A stretch of 64,000 nucleotides of DNA, from assembly GCA_020184695.1 (NCBI GenBank), contig JAANOX010000126.1, positions 620,001 to 684,000 of the forward strand. The letters run 5' to 3'. Below are positions 1-12,154 of the stretch, piece after piece. The notes below the pieces were generated by a model that worked only from the letters and a program-made list of their open reading frames with translations, had not been told where the DNA came from and did not search any database. Positions within the stretch are counted from its first letter, which is position 1. Each line of letters begins with the position of its first letter. The position numbers were made by a program, and so were the translations under genes. Origin of the DNA: Histomonas meleagridis 2922-C6/04-290x (lineage: Eukaryota; Protista; Parabasalia).

Positions 1-873
1 AGAAGTACAGCTTGCTAAGCCTTTATGATTATCTAATGATAAGGTCAATAATGCAACATGAATGTTGGTGGTAAGTAACGATTGAAAAAGTTGGCTTTTC
101 AAAAAGTCGGAATTTGAATTGAGGATTATGTGGAGAGAAAGACTGCAGACAACAAGAGTATGGACATGATACTTATGTCGTTCAATGGCATCTGTAAATG
201 ACTTACACAAAACTATAAAATCGGCATCTTGAATTGTGCCTTTAGAATCAGGTAAAATTTCATTTATTATTATCGAATTCATAACAATATTCGTGACTAA
301 TAGCTCGGCAGTGTCTTTGTTGGATGATGAAATTGGAACAAGAACAGGCTTGGTATAATTGGCTATTACTCGACGAACTAAATCATATATTGTCATTGTT
401 GCAACTTCTCGAACTGTTTGACTTTCTTTTTGATTATGCAATGACAAAAGGAATTGGAAACATTTTCCAAGAAGTTTACCATGTAAGTAAAGATTGCCAG
501 TAATGGATTGAAAGATTGATGAAATTATTTTTACACATTGAAGACAATGTTCGTCAGTTAATTCTAGTTTAAGCAGCTTGAAAATTGTGTTTAAAACTTT
601 CGTTATTAAATCACAATCAAATAATATGTTTGACGAACTCATAAAAATAGTTGTGAATGTGTTTAAAATAATTGTCAAATACTTTTTCGAATCAATTTTA
701 TAAGCAGTAAAGAATGGCGTAAAAAGTAATTCAATTTTTGGTTCTGATTCTTCTGATAACTTTTGAATTGCAGATGTAATTTCATTCAACAGTTCCTTCT
801 TCCCCCATTTCCCACACTTTTCTTTCAGTGATAGTAATCCTTTTTTTAAAAAAGGGATCAGGCTAGAAGACAT
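1..873 (-). CDS. Sec7-family ARF guanine-nucleotide exchange factor (BIG/Sec7-like), N-terminal DCB/HUS region; partial, runs off the left edge
   Basis: Not in the ORF track. Manual translation is open from ATG 873 to base 1: MSSSLIPFLKKG...LYLHGKLLGKCFQFLLSLHNQKESQTVREVATMTIYDLVRRV...QDADFIVLCKSF...VCSLSLHIIL. This resembles the BIG/Sec7 motifs HG..LL, tA.atL.Q, DAFLVFRALCKLS and LSLELL. Confidence 0.65.
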   Translation of the reverse strand, partial: MSSSLIPFLKKGLLSLKEKCGKWGKKELLNEITSAIQKLSEESEPKIELLFTPFFTAYKIDSKKYLTIILNTFTTIFMSSSNILFDCDLITKVLNTIFKLLKLELTDEHCLQCVKIISSIFQSITGNLYLHGKLLGKCFQFLLSLHNQKESQTVREVATMTIYDLVRRVIANYTKPVLVPISSSNKDTAELLVTNIVMNSIIINEILPDSKGTIQDADFIVLCKSFTDAIERHKYHVHTLVVCSLSLHIILNSNSDFLKSQLFQSLLTTNIHVALLTLSLDNHKGLASCTS

Positions 874-1693
874 TTCCCTTTCGGTATTAAACGATCAAAA
901 ATCATTGGAAAACTCTATCAGCCGGTGGTTCAATTGTATGCAAAATTTTCAATAGAATTCTCTCGTTGATCAAATGACCAGTCATAGGATTTAAAAACTT
1001 ATATAGTCAAACAAAGTGTATTGTGTAACTGTTAACACATTACTTTTCGATACAGGAAGAACATTAAATCTATCCATATAGAATATATAATATATGTACA
1101 TAATTGATATTATAGTTTAATATGAATGCTATATTATATTCAAGTGAAGATGAGATAAATTCATTTTGAAATCCCGAAAAGTGACGAGATTTGACTTTTG
1201 TATTGTTTACTTTGTTATCGGTTCTTATCGTTGTGATGATGGAGTACGATACATGAACGATAAAAAATATCTTCTTTGGTGTTACAGCAAAAAGTAAAAT
1301 ACTTATCGATTTTTATTGATGGCAAAGAAATTGATATTTCAGAAGCTGATATATTTATGTCAATAAGGGAATCAAATGTTTTAAATATGAATTGAGCCAA
1401 AATTCTAAATGTGGTTTTGAAACTTTGGTATGCACTAAATAATATTATTATTGAATTTACTACAGACATCATAGGGGAAATATTTAGTATTTGACTTAAT
1501 TTCACTACGAATACATTTTCACAATCAAATTCATTCACTAACTCATATACATTCACAAGATCAAATACATTTACAATTTCTATTCCATTTGGTTTAATAT
1601 TAACAAATTTAATTATTTTTTAAAGCTCATATTCACTTACAGAAACAATTATTCAAAAAACATTTGATTTAAGTACTATTACATTTTATATAA

Positions 1694-2398
1694 TTGATTC
1701 AAAGGCAACTTATATTTATACCAATATTATTTATTATAATTATACTTGAAGGCATACGAAGAATTAGCTCTGATGCATTCAGAGGATGTTCAAACCTTAT
1801 GAATATTTATATACCAAGTTCTGTTTATTCAATTGGAAATCCATTTTTAGAATGTACGAAACTCAATTTATTAATGTTTCAGAAGAAAATTTTGAATATT
1901 CGAATTATGAAAATGATGGAGTTTTATATGGTAAAGAAATTACACAAATTATTAGTTATCCGAATGGGAAAAGTAAAACATTTCCAATTCCTAATTCGGT
2001 CACTTATATTATGAATAATGCTTTCGTTTGTTGCATTAATTTAGAAAGAATTTTTATTGGTGAAAATGTTCATTATATTAATTCTTGTGCATTTATTAAT
2101 TGTATATCACTTCAATGTATTCATTTTAAAGGAAAAATTTCACCAGAAATACAAAATGATGCATTTATTAATAAAAATGCGGCAACAGTTATGACATTAG
2201 AAACATATCAAAATGAAACATTTGGAAATATGAATGTTACTAAGGGAACAACTTGACGAATGTCTCCGGCCAACACCCACATCCACTAATTCAAATACAT
2301 TTATGCAATCAAATACATTAACGAAAAGTGATACACTCACTAAGATTCATTCAAGAAAGCTTGATCAGTTGACAAGACAAAAAAAAGCGGCCGTTTAG
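1694..2398 (+). pseudogene. BspA-like (TpLRR/LRR_5) gene fragment, frameshifted and lacking a TM anchor
   Basis: Overlapping ORFs 1694-2014 and 1786-2256 give IRRISSDAFRGCSNLMNIYIPSSVYSIG and IPNSVTYIMNNAFVCCINLERIFIGENVHYINSCAF. A further shifted frame gives PTPTSTNSNTFMQSNTLTKS (start of the stalk) and then a stop. Confidence 0.6.
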
Positions 2399-3257
2399 AG
2401 GAGCATTCCTCTGAAACTTTGGGCTTGCATTTGGAATTCAATGCGTCGTATTGCTGTTAATTGTGATGAAACAAACTTTTTGAGCGTTTTTCTTTCAGAA
2501 GTTTGTTCGCGATGACAAACGATATCATTTTCTTTCATTTTTTAGGTGTTTCTGTAATTGAAATGAATTTCCCGTCACTTTTCAATAAAAACATTACGTT
2601 TTCTGCTTTGTAAACATCTTCCGATTGCAAAAACAACAAAACATGTATCAACAAAAGTTGAAACAATGAACCGACGAAAAGGCGGCGCGGTTGAATCTCT
2701 CTGTATCGTTTTTGGCTGATTTATTAGCAAGTTTCTCAAGTTTTCTCGCAAATGTGTTTTTTCCTTTTGGTTTTACCCATGCATATCTTTTGCTTATTAC
2801 AAACCTCTCCAAAAAATTCAGGTTCAAAGATTTTTAGTGATCAATTATCTATTTCTCAAACTCTCAAGCATTCCCTTTACCTTACTTTAGAATCCAAAGG
2901 GACTACATACTTATCATTCTCACTCCATAACAAAGAGAGTGTATCCATTAAAAACACAAATTTCATTATTCTAAAAGCGAATGAATCGAATAAATTCAAC
3001 ATCATCACAGAAGAATATCAGCGTCATTCCTCTTTATTAAATTTGCCGATATCATATGCTAATCATTATATCAAATTCTTTTCTTTTGTATTTAATCATT
3101 TTTCAATAAAATCTCATTTACCAATTTCAATGAATAACAACTTCATGAGGAAAATGTTCAAATTCAATGAAACTGTTCAAGTTCTAGTGTATAACTTTTT
3201 TATTTTGGGATTTTTTTTATTTTATGAAATCAAATTTTTAATGAATAAATTTAAAAC

Positions 3258-4427
3258 AAAAGAAAAGAAAAAACAAGAAAATATTTTAATTTTTGTTATA
3301 TTTTTCATGAATTCTTATCAAATATATAATGAAGATAATTTAACACTTACAATTATAAATTCAAATGAATTTAATGAAATTTCTCAATATCAAAATATAG
3401 CGAAATATATAATTATCAGTGAAAATATTTATTCAATTCCAGGTGATGCATTTTCAGAATGGTCTTCAGTTGTTTTTAGTGAATTTTGGTGACTCAGTAT
3501 CAAATATTGGAGGTTCAGTGTTTTCATCATGGTTTTAATTTAGAAACGATAATTTTTGGAGGAAATGTTACAACAATTGGTGGTGGAGCATTTTCATTTT
3601 GTTCAACAATCAAAAACATTACGATACCAAATTCAGTTACAACAATTGGAATTTCATCATTTGCATTATGTTCTAATTTAACTTTATTAATACTTGGATA
3701 TGGAATCAGAGATATTGGAAATTCAGCATTTGGGAATTGTTATAATCTTCGATGTATTTATTATTATGGAGATTTAGAACCAAATATTGATGAAAGTGCA
3801 TTTTATAATGTTTCAACAAGTGTTATCACATATCCAACATATATAGAGAATAAATTTGGACATTTAGATGTTGACAAAGAAAACGCAGAAGGAATATGCG
3901 AACCACTTCCAACACATTCATTTAGTCAGTCGAATACATTTACTGCATCACTTCAAAGTGATATTTCATTATCATTATCATTTTCATATACATTAACAAT
4001 TTCATTATCAATTACACATTCATTAACTGTTTATGAAACAAAAACGAAAACATTTTCATTATATATCAATAATTCGACATTTTCATATATTGAAACAGAA
4101 TTTATTTATTACAATTATACGATTGTTATTTATTCGACTTATTATAATTATTATTCCAATTTCTTCACAATGTTTCATACTTCCGACGAAAATTCGCCAA
4201 ATGGAATTACGACAAATGTTTTGATTGGAATTATTTGCGGATCATTTGCATTTGTTTTGATCATTGTTGGAATTGTTATATTTTTAGTGAAAAGTAATAA
4301 CAAGAAAGAAAAATCGAAATCAAAGTTACAATTCAAGGACACGACGACATCAAGTACAAAGCAAATCGAAGAAGTAAATAGTTTAGTTGAAGATATTGTG
4401 AAAGAAGATGAAGACAATTGGCTATGA
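3258..4427 (+). pseudogene. BspA-like type-I membrane protein, copy 1 (two +1 insertions relative to copy 2; pseudogene or consensus error)
   Basis: LRR_5 repeats (TIPNSVTTIGISSFALCSNL), S/T stalk, TM helix, tail ending EDEDNWL. Extra T at about 3478 and extra G at about 3531 versus the intact paralogue. Confidence 0.7.
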
Positions 4428-6783
4428 ATAAAATGTGTAATAAAAATTATTAATTTTAATTTTTATAAACAAATATAAAATTATTTTGTTGTTATATAAA
4501 ATAAAATGAAGTCATATTAATGATGAATCATTTTGACATTTTATGTTTGCAATTATTTCATTTTAATAAGAAATTTTGAATTTTAAAGATGTATAACTAT
4601 TATTACTGACTTTAAATATAACAAAATAAATATTGTTGAACAATGATCAATGGTTTTAAATTATGAATACATTTACATTAAATGTTGGCACTTTTCTGAA
4701 TGAAATGGAACAAACTTTACTTGAATTCATTATTTATAAAAGCAAAAAATATATTTCAAATAAAAAATACACTGAAAGAGAATTAGTACATAAAGATCTT
4801 CTTATTTTATGTTTATATATAATAAAATAAGAAACTTAAAATTAAATAATCGAAGAATTTCCAATGGTATAAAAAAAGATTAAATTTCATGATGATGAAA
4901 ACGTTTAAAATGAATGAACAGCATATCAAATTAAAGCTTAAAATCGATTCTATAACATATATTCATTGAGTTATTTAAAAGTGAAATTATAATGTTATAA
5001 AGCTGTTTCTTTGATTGTTGTCTTAAAAAATCGATAGAAATATTTCAGGAGTGATTTGAAAGACCACAATTCAACAACAGGTTTTTTAAAGTTTAACCGT
5101 GAGATTTTAAACTTTTGAGAAAGCCGATGTATAATTGGTGAAGGTCTATAAGTATATTACAAGCTGAAACATGATAACCTTTCTTTTGTTCAGCATTTTG
5201 ATCATGATGAAACGATTTAAAACTGACACAAAGCTTATTACACCTTATACTGTTCAAAAAGAAATCTTACAAATACAAAAATGTAAAAGCAAGGAAGGAC
5301 TGACTTACCAATGTGATGGAGAAGTTTCAATCAATGAAATTATGCTCAAAAAATTTAAAAAGATTTTAACAATAATTATAAAGATTTGATTATCAATGAA
5401 TTATTTTTAAATTTGATACCAAATAATGAAGCTACATCAATTGTACATCATGATTTTAATAACAAGCAAAAATTTCAAAGAACATATTTTTCGAACATTT
5501 TGAAGATAGGATTTGAAATCACTATATTTGTAAAAAAAATGGCATATTTGATGAAACCTTGAACAGATCTTATGAAGATACATCTTCCATAAAACGTGAA
5601 TTTTTACATTTTTCGATGATGCGAAACGACAACGAAGAAGGACCAAATATTTTGAATGTTTTACTTCATTTAACTGTCATTTTTTCAATGATATTTTTCG
5701 GTTATTCATATCAAATTTTATCAGAAAAATACAATTTCAGTTCAGAAAATACTAACGACCAAATATATATTGAAAGTAAAAGAAAAGAAAAAACAAGAAA
5801 ATATTTTAATTTTTGTTATGTTTTTCATGAATTCTTATCAAATATATAATGAAGATAATTTAACACTTACAATTATAAATTCAAATGAATTTAATGAAAT
5901 TTCTCAATATCAAAATATAGCGAAATATATAATTATCAGTGAAAATATTTATTCAATTCCAGGTGATGCATTTTCAGAATGGTCTTCAGTTGTTTTAGTG
6001 AATTTTGGTGACTCAGTATCAAATATTGGAGGTTCAGTGTTTTCGTCATGTTTTAATTTAGAAACGATAATTTTTGGAGGAAATGTTACAACAATTGGTG
6101 GTGGAGCATTTTCATTTTGTTCAACAATCAAAAACATTACGATACCAAATTCAGTTACAACAATTGGAATTTCATCATTTGCATTATGTTCTAATTTAAC
6201 TTTATTAATACTTGGATATGGAATCAGAGATATTGGAAATTCAGCATTTGGGAATTGTTATAATCTTCGATGTATTTATTATTATGGAGATTTAGAACCA
6301 AATATTGATGAAAGTGCATTTTATAATGTTTCAACAAGTGTTATCACATATCCAACATATATAGAGAATAAATTTGGACATTTAGATGTTGACAAAGAAA
6401 ACGCAGAAGGAATATGCGAACCACTTCCAACACATTCATTTAGTCAGTCGAATACATTTACAAGATCAAATTCATATGCACAGTCAGATTTAATTTCATT
6501 TTCAAAATTATATTCATTTAGTCAATCAAGTACATTTTCTAAATCATATACATTTACTGCATCACTTCAAAGTGATATTTCAGTTTCATTTTCATATACA
6601 TTAACAATTTCATTATCAATTACACATTCATTAACTGTTTATGAAACAAAAACGAAAACATTTTCATTATATATAAACAATTCGACATTTTCATATATTG
6701 AAACAGAATTTATTTATTACAATTATACGATTGTTATTTGTTCGACTTATTGTAATTATTATTCCAATTTCTTCACAATGTTT
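3258..6783 (+). repeat. Direct segmental duplication, 3258-4175 versus 5778-6783 (BspA ectodomain and stalk)
   Basis: Near-identical sequence from aaaagaaaagaaaaaacaag to ttcttcacaatgttt. Copy 1 lacks 96 nt bounded by the direct repeat ATACATTTAC (6452 and 6548). Confidence 0.9.
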
Positions 6784-7062
6784 TACACTGATAATAATGA
6801 TGATCAAAATAACGATAATAAAACAACGATTATCATCATTTCTGTTTGTGTAATCGTTATAGTAATAGTTATTATCATATTCTTAATTATATTATTGAAA
6901 CATATTCGAAATAAAAAAGAAGAAATTTATGAAAATGACAAATCAGAACAAAATGAAAACGAAACGACGAATACATTTACTACAGGAATAAGTAACATAA
7001 ATATTGAAGAAGATCCATTTGCCGAAGATTTTCGAGAAGAAAAATTTATTGAACAAATTTAA
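5818..7062 (+). CDS. BspA-like leucine-rich-repeat surface protein, copy 2
   Basis: Uninterrupted ORF: LRR_5 repeats, Ser/Thr/Phe stalk, TM (IIIISVCVIVIVIVIIIFLIILL), acidic tail with DPFAEDF. First in-frame ATG at 5818. Confidence 0.85.
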   Translation: MFFMNSYQIYNEDNLTLTIINSNEFNEISQYQNIAKYIIISENIYSIPGDAFSEWSSVVLVNFGDSVSNIGGSVFSSCFNLETIIFGGNVTTIGGGAFSFCSTIKNITIPNSVTTIGISSFALCSNLTLLILGYGIRDIGNSAFGNCYNLRCIYYYGDLEPNIDESAFYNVSTSVITYPTYIENKFGHLDVDKENAEGICEPLPTHSFSQSNTFTRSNSYAQSDLISFSKLYSFSQSSTFSKSYTFTASLQSDISVSFSYTLTISLSITHSLTVYETKTKTFSLYINNSTFSYIETEFIYYNYTIVICSTYCNYYSNFFTMFYTDNNDDQNNDNKTTIIIISVCVIVIVIVIIIFLIILLKHIRNKKEEIYENDKSEQNENETTNTFTTGISNINIEEDPFAEDFREEKFIEQI

Positions 7063-8094
7063 TATAAATATCAATAAAAATACAATTTTTATGAATATTT
7101 GATATTTATATGTTTTATAATGATATTAAATATATTTTGAATCTTATGAAACAAAAAAAATATTTCGGTGGTACATAACATTAATGCATTACATCGTGTT
7201 AATATTAACTAGAGATATATAACGGGGACAGCCTCCAAAATTTCAAAAAAATAAGTAAAGCCGACTTAATATGAATTTTTGTTCAATGATGAGAAATTTT
7301 CAATAAACTTTATGAGGTATATATTTTTCTAAACCTTTTTAAATCAACAAAATTATTTTACACTTTTTATTCGAAGATTCAACGCTATGGTCTAACGTAA
7401 AACAATCGCTTTCGAATGAGTGTTAAGAACTCTTAAATCAAAGTTTTAAATAATGTAAATTTAATATTCATTTTGAATACATTTAAAAATAGAATAGATT
7501 TAGCAAACAATGTTTCAAACGTTAAAAAATATATGGCTTTTATCCACAAATAAAAATATATTTTCCTTTAAAATGCAAGAATTTGGGATTATCATGCTTT
7601 CGATCGAAACCTATGGTATGAAATTTCTTTCATTTCTCGTTTTATCATGAGGAAACAAAGCCAATTATTGGTCTGTCATTTAATTTATAAAATGCATATA
7701 TCATTTGATTGACGGCCAAAATTGAAGAATATTGAGGCATTCAATAATTTTTGAAATTGAGTAAAAAACAATCGTTAACCATTTAATTCCACATTTCACA
7801 TTAACAAGAATGTCATTATCAATTTTATTATTTAATAAATTTGTTCTTTGTCTATACTTTGTTCGAGCGTAAAATCATTTGGGCAATGAATTTGAACGTT
7901 TATTATTCAATGTTAATGCATAATTTTTACCATCTACACCGATAAGAATTCAGAAAAATCGGAATAAACTTTTCGATAAACATTAGAAAATTGTACAAAA
8001 ATCGATCTTACATTGAAATTCAAAAAGTGTTAACGTTGTAGGTTCCCAAAAAAACCGTCAACAACTTTTTCAATTAATTCAATTTTTGATTAAA

Positions 8095-11000
8095 ATGGGT
8101 AAAGACAAAACTAAGAAGCAGAAAGGAAAGAAAAATGACCCCTTTATCCCATTTAAAGTCGAGTCTATTCCTGATAAAATGCCATCAGATCCAGCCAAGG
8201 TAGAAGAAATTTTTATCCAATTAATGAATGATCAAGATTTGGACACTGAAAAGCGTCGTCCACTTCTTCAAAAGCCTGTTGAGTTCAAGTGGAATCTTAT
8301 TAAAGCCCAGCAAAAAACAGATGAAGAAACGCCAGCTCCTGAGTATCTTTTAAACAAATTAAGATCAGAAGTCACCAATGAAACACTTGAAAACATTCAA
8401 GTCAATCTTAAGTCAGGTCGTATTTCCTGGTGTATGAAATTTATTGAACAAGAAGGTCATAAAGAACTTCTTAATATCATATCAAAGATTTCCATTGACG
8501 TTAAACTCGAATCCAACTATGATCCACTTATTCTTACTAATGCTCTTTTATGTATTCGTCACATTTGTAATATTAATGATGGTAGTAAAGCCATGGCCTT
8601 ACAAATCTCATTTCTCCCCACATTAGCACATGCATATTTACCACATTATCCCAAAACCATTGAAGTTGTTCTTCAAATTCTTTTAGCCTTTTTATATAGC
8701 GGTGAGAATGACCGAAAAGCATCCAAAATCATTGTCAAAGAACTTCAAGAAGAGGACTGGTCACTTTTCTCTCAATTTCTCGATTCAAAAAGTTCCAACC
8801 TCAGCAACGTTATGATCGCCTTCCTTAACGGTCTCTGGTATTCCACCAAAGATATTCCCGTGGTTCATTTTGATTTACTCTTTAAGTTTAAGCGGTCCAA
8901 TTTCTTTGACACACTTAAATCAATATATCCCACATTAGATTTTACAATTTCACTAGAGGAAGAAATGAATTATCTTAAATCGTTATTACCTCAAAAGCCA
9001 TTAAATATCTTTGATCCCAAAACTATTATTAATGAATTATGTCGATCAAGTAAGCCATCACAAATTGTACGCGGTTCATTAATTTCATTAATTGAACTTA
9101 CGCAACGTAACATCAAAACATACCGACAATTGTCGATATATATCTTTAACTTATTAACAATATTACGCGTCAAAATTCAAGCCGGAGAAGAAATCCCATT
9201 AACGCAAGCGTCGTTTTATGCATCACGATATCAAAAGCCGATTTCTTTAAACATATCGCCAATGAATCCAACCGCGTGTGGCATTGGCGACACGACGATG
9301 TTTTATCCGATGTCCGAACTCAATGGAATCTCATTTTTGGAGATGATCAAAACCAATTCGTCTGAAGAGAACAGGAATGTGAAAATCGAAGAACCCAAAG
9401 AAGTCAGTGCGAATTCGAATGTGAATACGACGACAGCTGATAACAGTAATAGTAATGATACAAATAGTATAATATACTCAGCTATCATTGAGGACTATGA
9501 ATCGAAGCTAAAGGATTATATGACACAAATGGAATCAATGAAGTCAATGTACCAATACTTAAAAGATAAGAAAGATCAAGAAGAACGGAAATTCCTCACG
9601 CTGAAGAGACAGTTCGATGACTACAGAGAGAAATATGGGAAAATCGAGCCATACATTGCATTGCTACAAGGGCAGCCATCGAATTTGATACCGAAGAATA
9701 ATATTTCGGACATTGATAAAGAAATCGAAAAGCTGCAAACTGAAGTTGCGATTAAGACAGCAGAGTTATCATTCTTCAAAGATGTCGAATTTGGCATCGA
9801 AGAGCAAAAGATTAAATCGCAGATAAGCGAGAAAGATGCTGAGATAGTGAAGTTGAATTCAATCATAAAGAAGAAAAACGCGAAAATTAAAGAGAAGCAA
9901 AATGAAATTAAACAATTAAAAGATGCATTAGCTGCTGATAAAGTACTTCCTGGCGAACTTGAAGAAGTGTTAAAAGAAATGGAAAAAAAAGATCAGCTAA
10001 TTAAAGAATTAAAAAGCAAAAAAGGAACTTCAGATATAGACACAATATTAATACAAGAAATGAGAACTAAAATAGAAGAACAGTCAAGAGAAATTATAGA
10101 GCTGAGGAAAATTTGCGAATCGTCTTCAAAGTCCAAAAAGGCTTTAGCGAAAAAGGCAAGAAAATCGTCTTCGTCATCAATAACCGATTTAATGGTCGCC
10201 AAAACCGTCCCATCGGCGCCGACCGTTGGCGGCGTTGTCAAAACTGAGTCGTCTCCAGTGGCTCCTTCGCCACAAGCAGAAGGACAAGGGGCGAAGCAAC
10301 AACAAACACAACAACAAGCTGATGCTCCAATAGATGAAGAAGGTGACGCTGTTCCACCGCCTCCACCTCCACCACCTCCTCCTCCACCTCCACCATCACC
10401 AGCACACTCAAATGTACCGAAGAAAAAGAACCCTCCGCCACCAAAGAAACTTAAGCCTATCTTTTGGACACGTATTCCAGATGCACAATCACCAGATACT
10501 GTTTGGATTAATATTGACGATAGCAAAGTTGATATTGACGAAAACGAAATATGCGAATTATTTGCACAGTCAGAATCAACTGCACCAAAGACTACAACTA
10601 CAACTACATCAACTGCGCCAAAAGTTGTCGATTTATTAGATCCTAATAGAAGCAAATCTATTGCCATTATGTTATCTCGAATCAGAAAGCCAATCCCAGA
10701 GATCGTAAACCAAGTCAAAAACCTTGGAACAGGTTTCACGGAAGATGAAGCATCAGCTCTTCGAAGAAATAAGCCAACTCCGGATGAAATACAAATGGTT
10801 CAGTCATATAGTGGAGATGTTTCACTTCTTGATAAGCCAGAGCAACTTTTCATTGGTCTATCTCAAGTACCATTACTTGATCAACATATCGAGTTCATAT
10901 ATCTACGGACAGTCTTTGAGACCCAAATGTATGAGATTGAATCACCTCTTGAAACTCTTATGAATGGACTTAAGCTTATTAAGAATTCTTCCACGATAAA

Positions 11001-11775
11001 GAATCTTTTCACGATCATCCTTCGCATTGGTAACTTTGTGAATGGAGGTACAATTCGTGGAGGTGCTTATGGGTTTAAGATTGATCTTCTTGGCAAGCTA
11101 AATGACATTCGAACCCAAAAGCACCAGTACACACTTTTGAATTACTTAGCCGATAAGATAAACACCGATGAAATGTCAAAAGAGTTACAGCCTCTGAAAA
11201 CGTGCCTTACGATTGATTTGGATTCAATTCGGCAGAACTATCAAAAAGTTGGCGAGTCCATTCAATACGTTCAAAAAGTTATGTTTGAAGCAGAAAAGAA
11301 GGCAATAAACGGCTGCCTGCTTTTCCCTGAGTTTACCAAGTTTATGGATGGCCAACGAACGAATCGATATAATTTTGTTGGTAAGAAGCTTAAAAAGATC
11401 GACAAAGAATTCAACAAAGTTGCCCAATTATTTGGTGAAGAACCGAATTCAATGAAAATGTCCGAATTCATTAACTTATTTGTAAAACTTTCGGAGGATT
11501 TAACACGAGCTAAAGAGGCAAATAACAGAACACGAGAAATGGAGCAAAAAATGAAGTCGCGCGGTATGAGGGGAATCGACGGAAGGCCGCTGATGGGCGG
11601 CGGCGACACGCAGCGCGGCGTATTGGACGAGCTGATGAAGAAATTGGCGTCGGGAACACCGCAGCTAAGGAAGGTGAACGCGCCGGCAAAGCCGAAGCAA
11701 GAAGAAAAAGTAGTGAACGAGTTGGAGGCGGCGAGGTCAAAGGTGTTCGCTAAGAAAAATGGAGCAAATAAATAA
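8095..11775 (+). CDS. Formin (GBD/FH3, coiled coil, poly-Pro FH1, FH2, C-terminal DAD/WH2-like segment)
   Basis: Poly-Pro tract, then KLKPIFW, LLDPNRSKSIAIML, ILRIGNFVNGGTIRGGAYGFKIDLLGKLNDIR and TLLNYL, which are FH2 signatures. First ATG at 8095. Confidence 0.95.
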   Translation: MGKDKTKKQKGKKNDPFIPFKVESIPDKMPSDPAKVEEIFIQLMNDQDLDTEKRRPLLQKPVEFKWNLIKAQQKTDEETPAPEYLLNKLRSEVTNETLENIQVNLKSGRISWCMKFIEQEGHKELLNIISKISIDVKLESNYDPLILTNALLCIRHICNINDGSKAMALQISFLPTLAHAYLPHYPKTIEVVLQILLAFLYSGENDRKASKIIVKELQEEDWSLFSQFLDSKSSNLSNVMIAFLNGLWYSTKDIPVVHFDLLFKFKRSNFFDTLKSIYPTLDFTISLEEEMNYLKSLLPQKPLNIFDPKTIINELCRSSKPSQIVRGSLISLIELTQRNIKTYRQLSIYIFNLLTILRVKIQAGEEIPLTQASFYASRYQKPISLNISPMNPTACGIGDTTMFYPMSELNGISFLEMIKTNSSEENRNVKIEEPKEVSANSNVNTTTADNSNSNDTNSIIYSAIIEDYESKLKDYMTQMESMKSMYQYLKDKKDQEERKFLTLKRQFDDYREKYGKIEPYIALLQGQPSNLIPKNNISDIDKEIEKLQTEVAIKTAELSFFKDVEFGIEEQKIKSQISEKDAEIVKLNSIIKKKNAKIKEKQNEIKQLKDALAADKVLPGELEEVLKEMEKKDQLIKELKSKKGTSDIDTILIQEMRTKIEEQSREIIELRKICESSSKSKKALAKKARKSSSSSITDLMVAKTVPSAPTVGGVVKTESSPVAPSPQAEGQGAKQQQTQQQADAPIDEEGDAVPPPPPPPPPPPPPPSPAHSNVPKKKNPPPPKKLKPIFWTRIPDAQSPDTVWINIDDSKVDIDENEICELFAQSESTAPKTTTTTTSTAPKVVDLLDPNRSKSIAIMLSRIRKPIPEIVNQVKNLGTGFTEDEASALRRNKPTPDEIQMVQSYSGDVSLLDKPEQLFIGLSQVPLLDQHIEFIYLRTVFETQMYEIESPLETLMNGLKLIKNSSTIKNLFTIILRIGNFVNGGTIRGGAYGFKIDLLGKLNDIRTQKHQYTLLNYLADKINTDEMSKELQPLKTCLTIDLDSIRQNYQKVGESIQYVQKVMFEAEKKAINGCLLFPEFTKFMDGQRTNRYNFVGKKLKKIDKEFNKVAQLFGEEPNSMKMSEFINLFVKLSEDLTRAKEANNRTREMEQKMKSRGMRGIDGRPLMGGGDTQRGVLDELMKKLASGTPQLRKVNAPAKPKQEEKVVNELEAARSKVFAKKNGANK

Positions 11776-12154
11776 CGAAAGCGATGTATTTGAAACTGAT
11801 AATGGAAATAATTGTTGACTTAGTAAAATTTTTGGATTTATTCTTTTGGAATTCAAAATTTCGTTAATTGCAGTGTTTCAATTCTTGTTTATAAATAAGA
11901 AGTTATGCTCACGTGTTATTCTTAAATGATGGTAAAATCGTTTCGAAACCATTTTAATAAAAACATAAAATTATTTCAAGAACGAAATTTCTTTTTATTT
12001 TCTTAGTTAAATCGAAAAGATTGAATAAAGAATTCAAAAAAAAACAAAACAAAAATCAATGCATTTAAACAAATGTATGATAAAATTGGAGTGAATTTAC
12101 TTTTTACTTCTCAAAATGTACAAAAGAACAAATTCATTTAAAAATTAAAATGAA

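Noticed and set aside
1215-1556. 113-aa ORF on the minus strand
   Set aside because: It is AT-rich with no recognisable motif, and cannot be distinguished from a chance ORF or a decayed gene.
2400-3257. 5' extension of ORF 2752-3492 and short minus-strand coding-like fragments
   Set aside because: The sequence lies outside the duplicated BspA unit and has no family motif, and the minus-strand frames are full of stops. At most an unidentifiable relic.
4430-5770. Small ORFs 5171-5389, 5437-5646 and 5559-5849
   Set aside because: They are short, overlapping, motif-less ORFs in AT-rich intergenic DNA.
9993-10739. 248-aa antisense ORF with poly-Gly inside the formin (and similar antisense or alternate-frame ORFs in HSP70, kinases, RPL8 and BspA)
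   Set aside because: These are shadows of the real CDS: the antisense of poly-Pro codons gives poly-Gly, and biased codon usage keeps antisense frames open.
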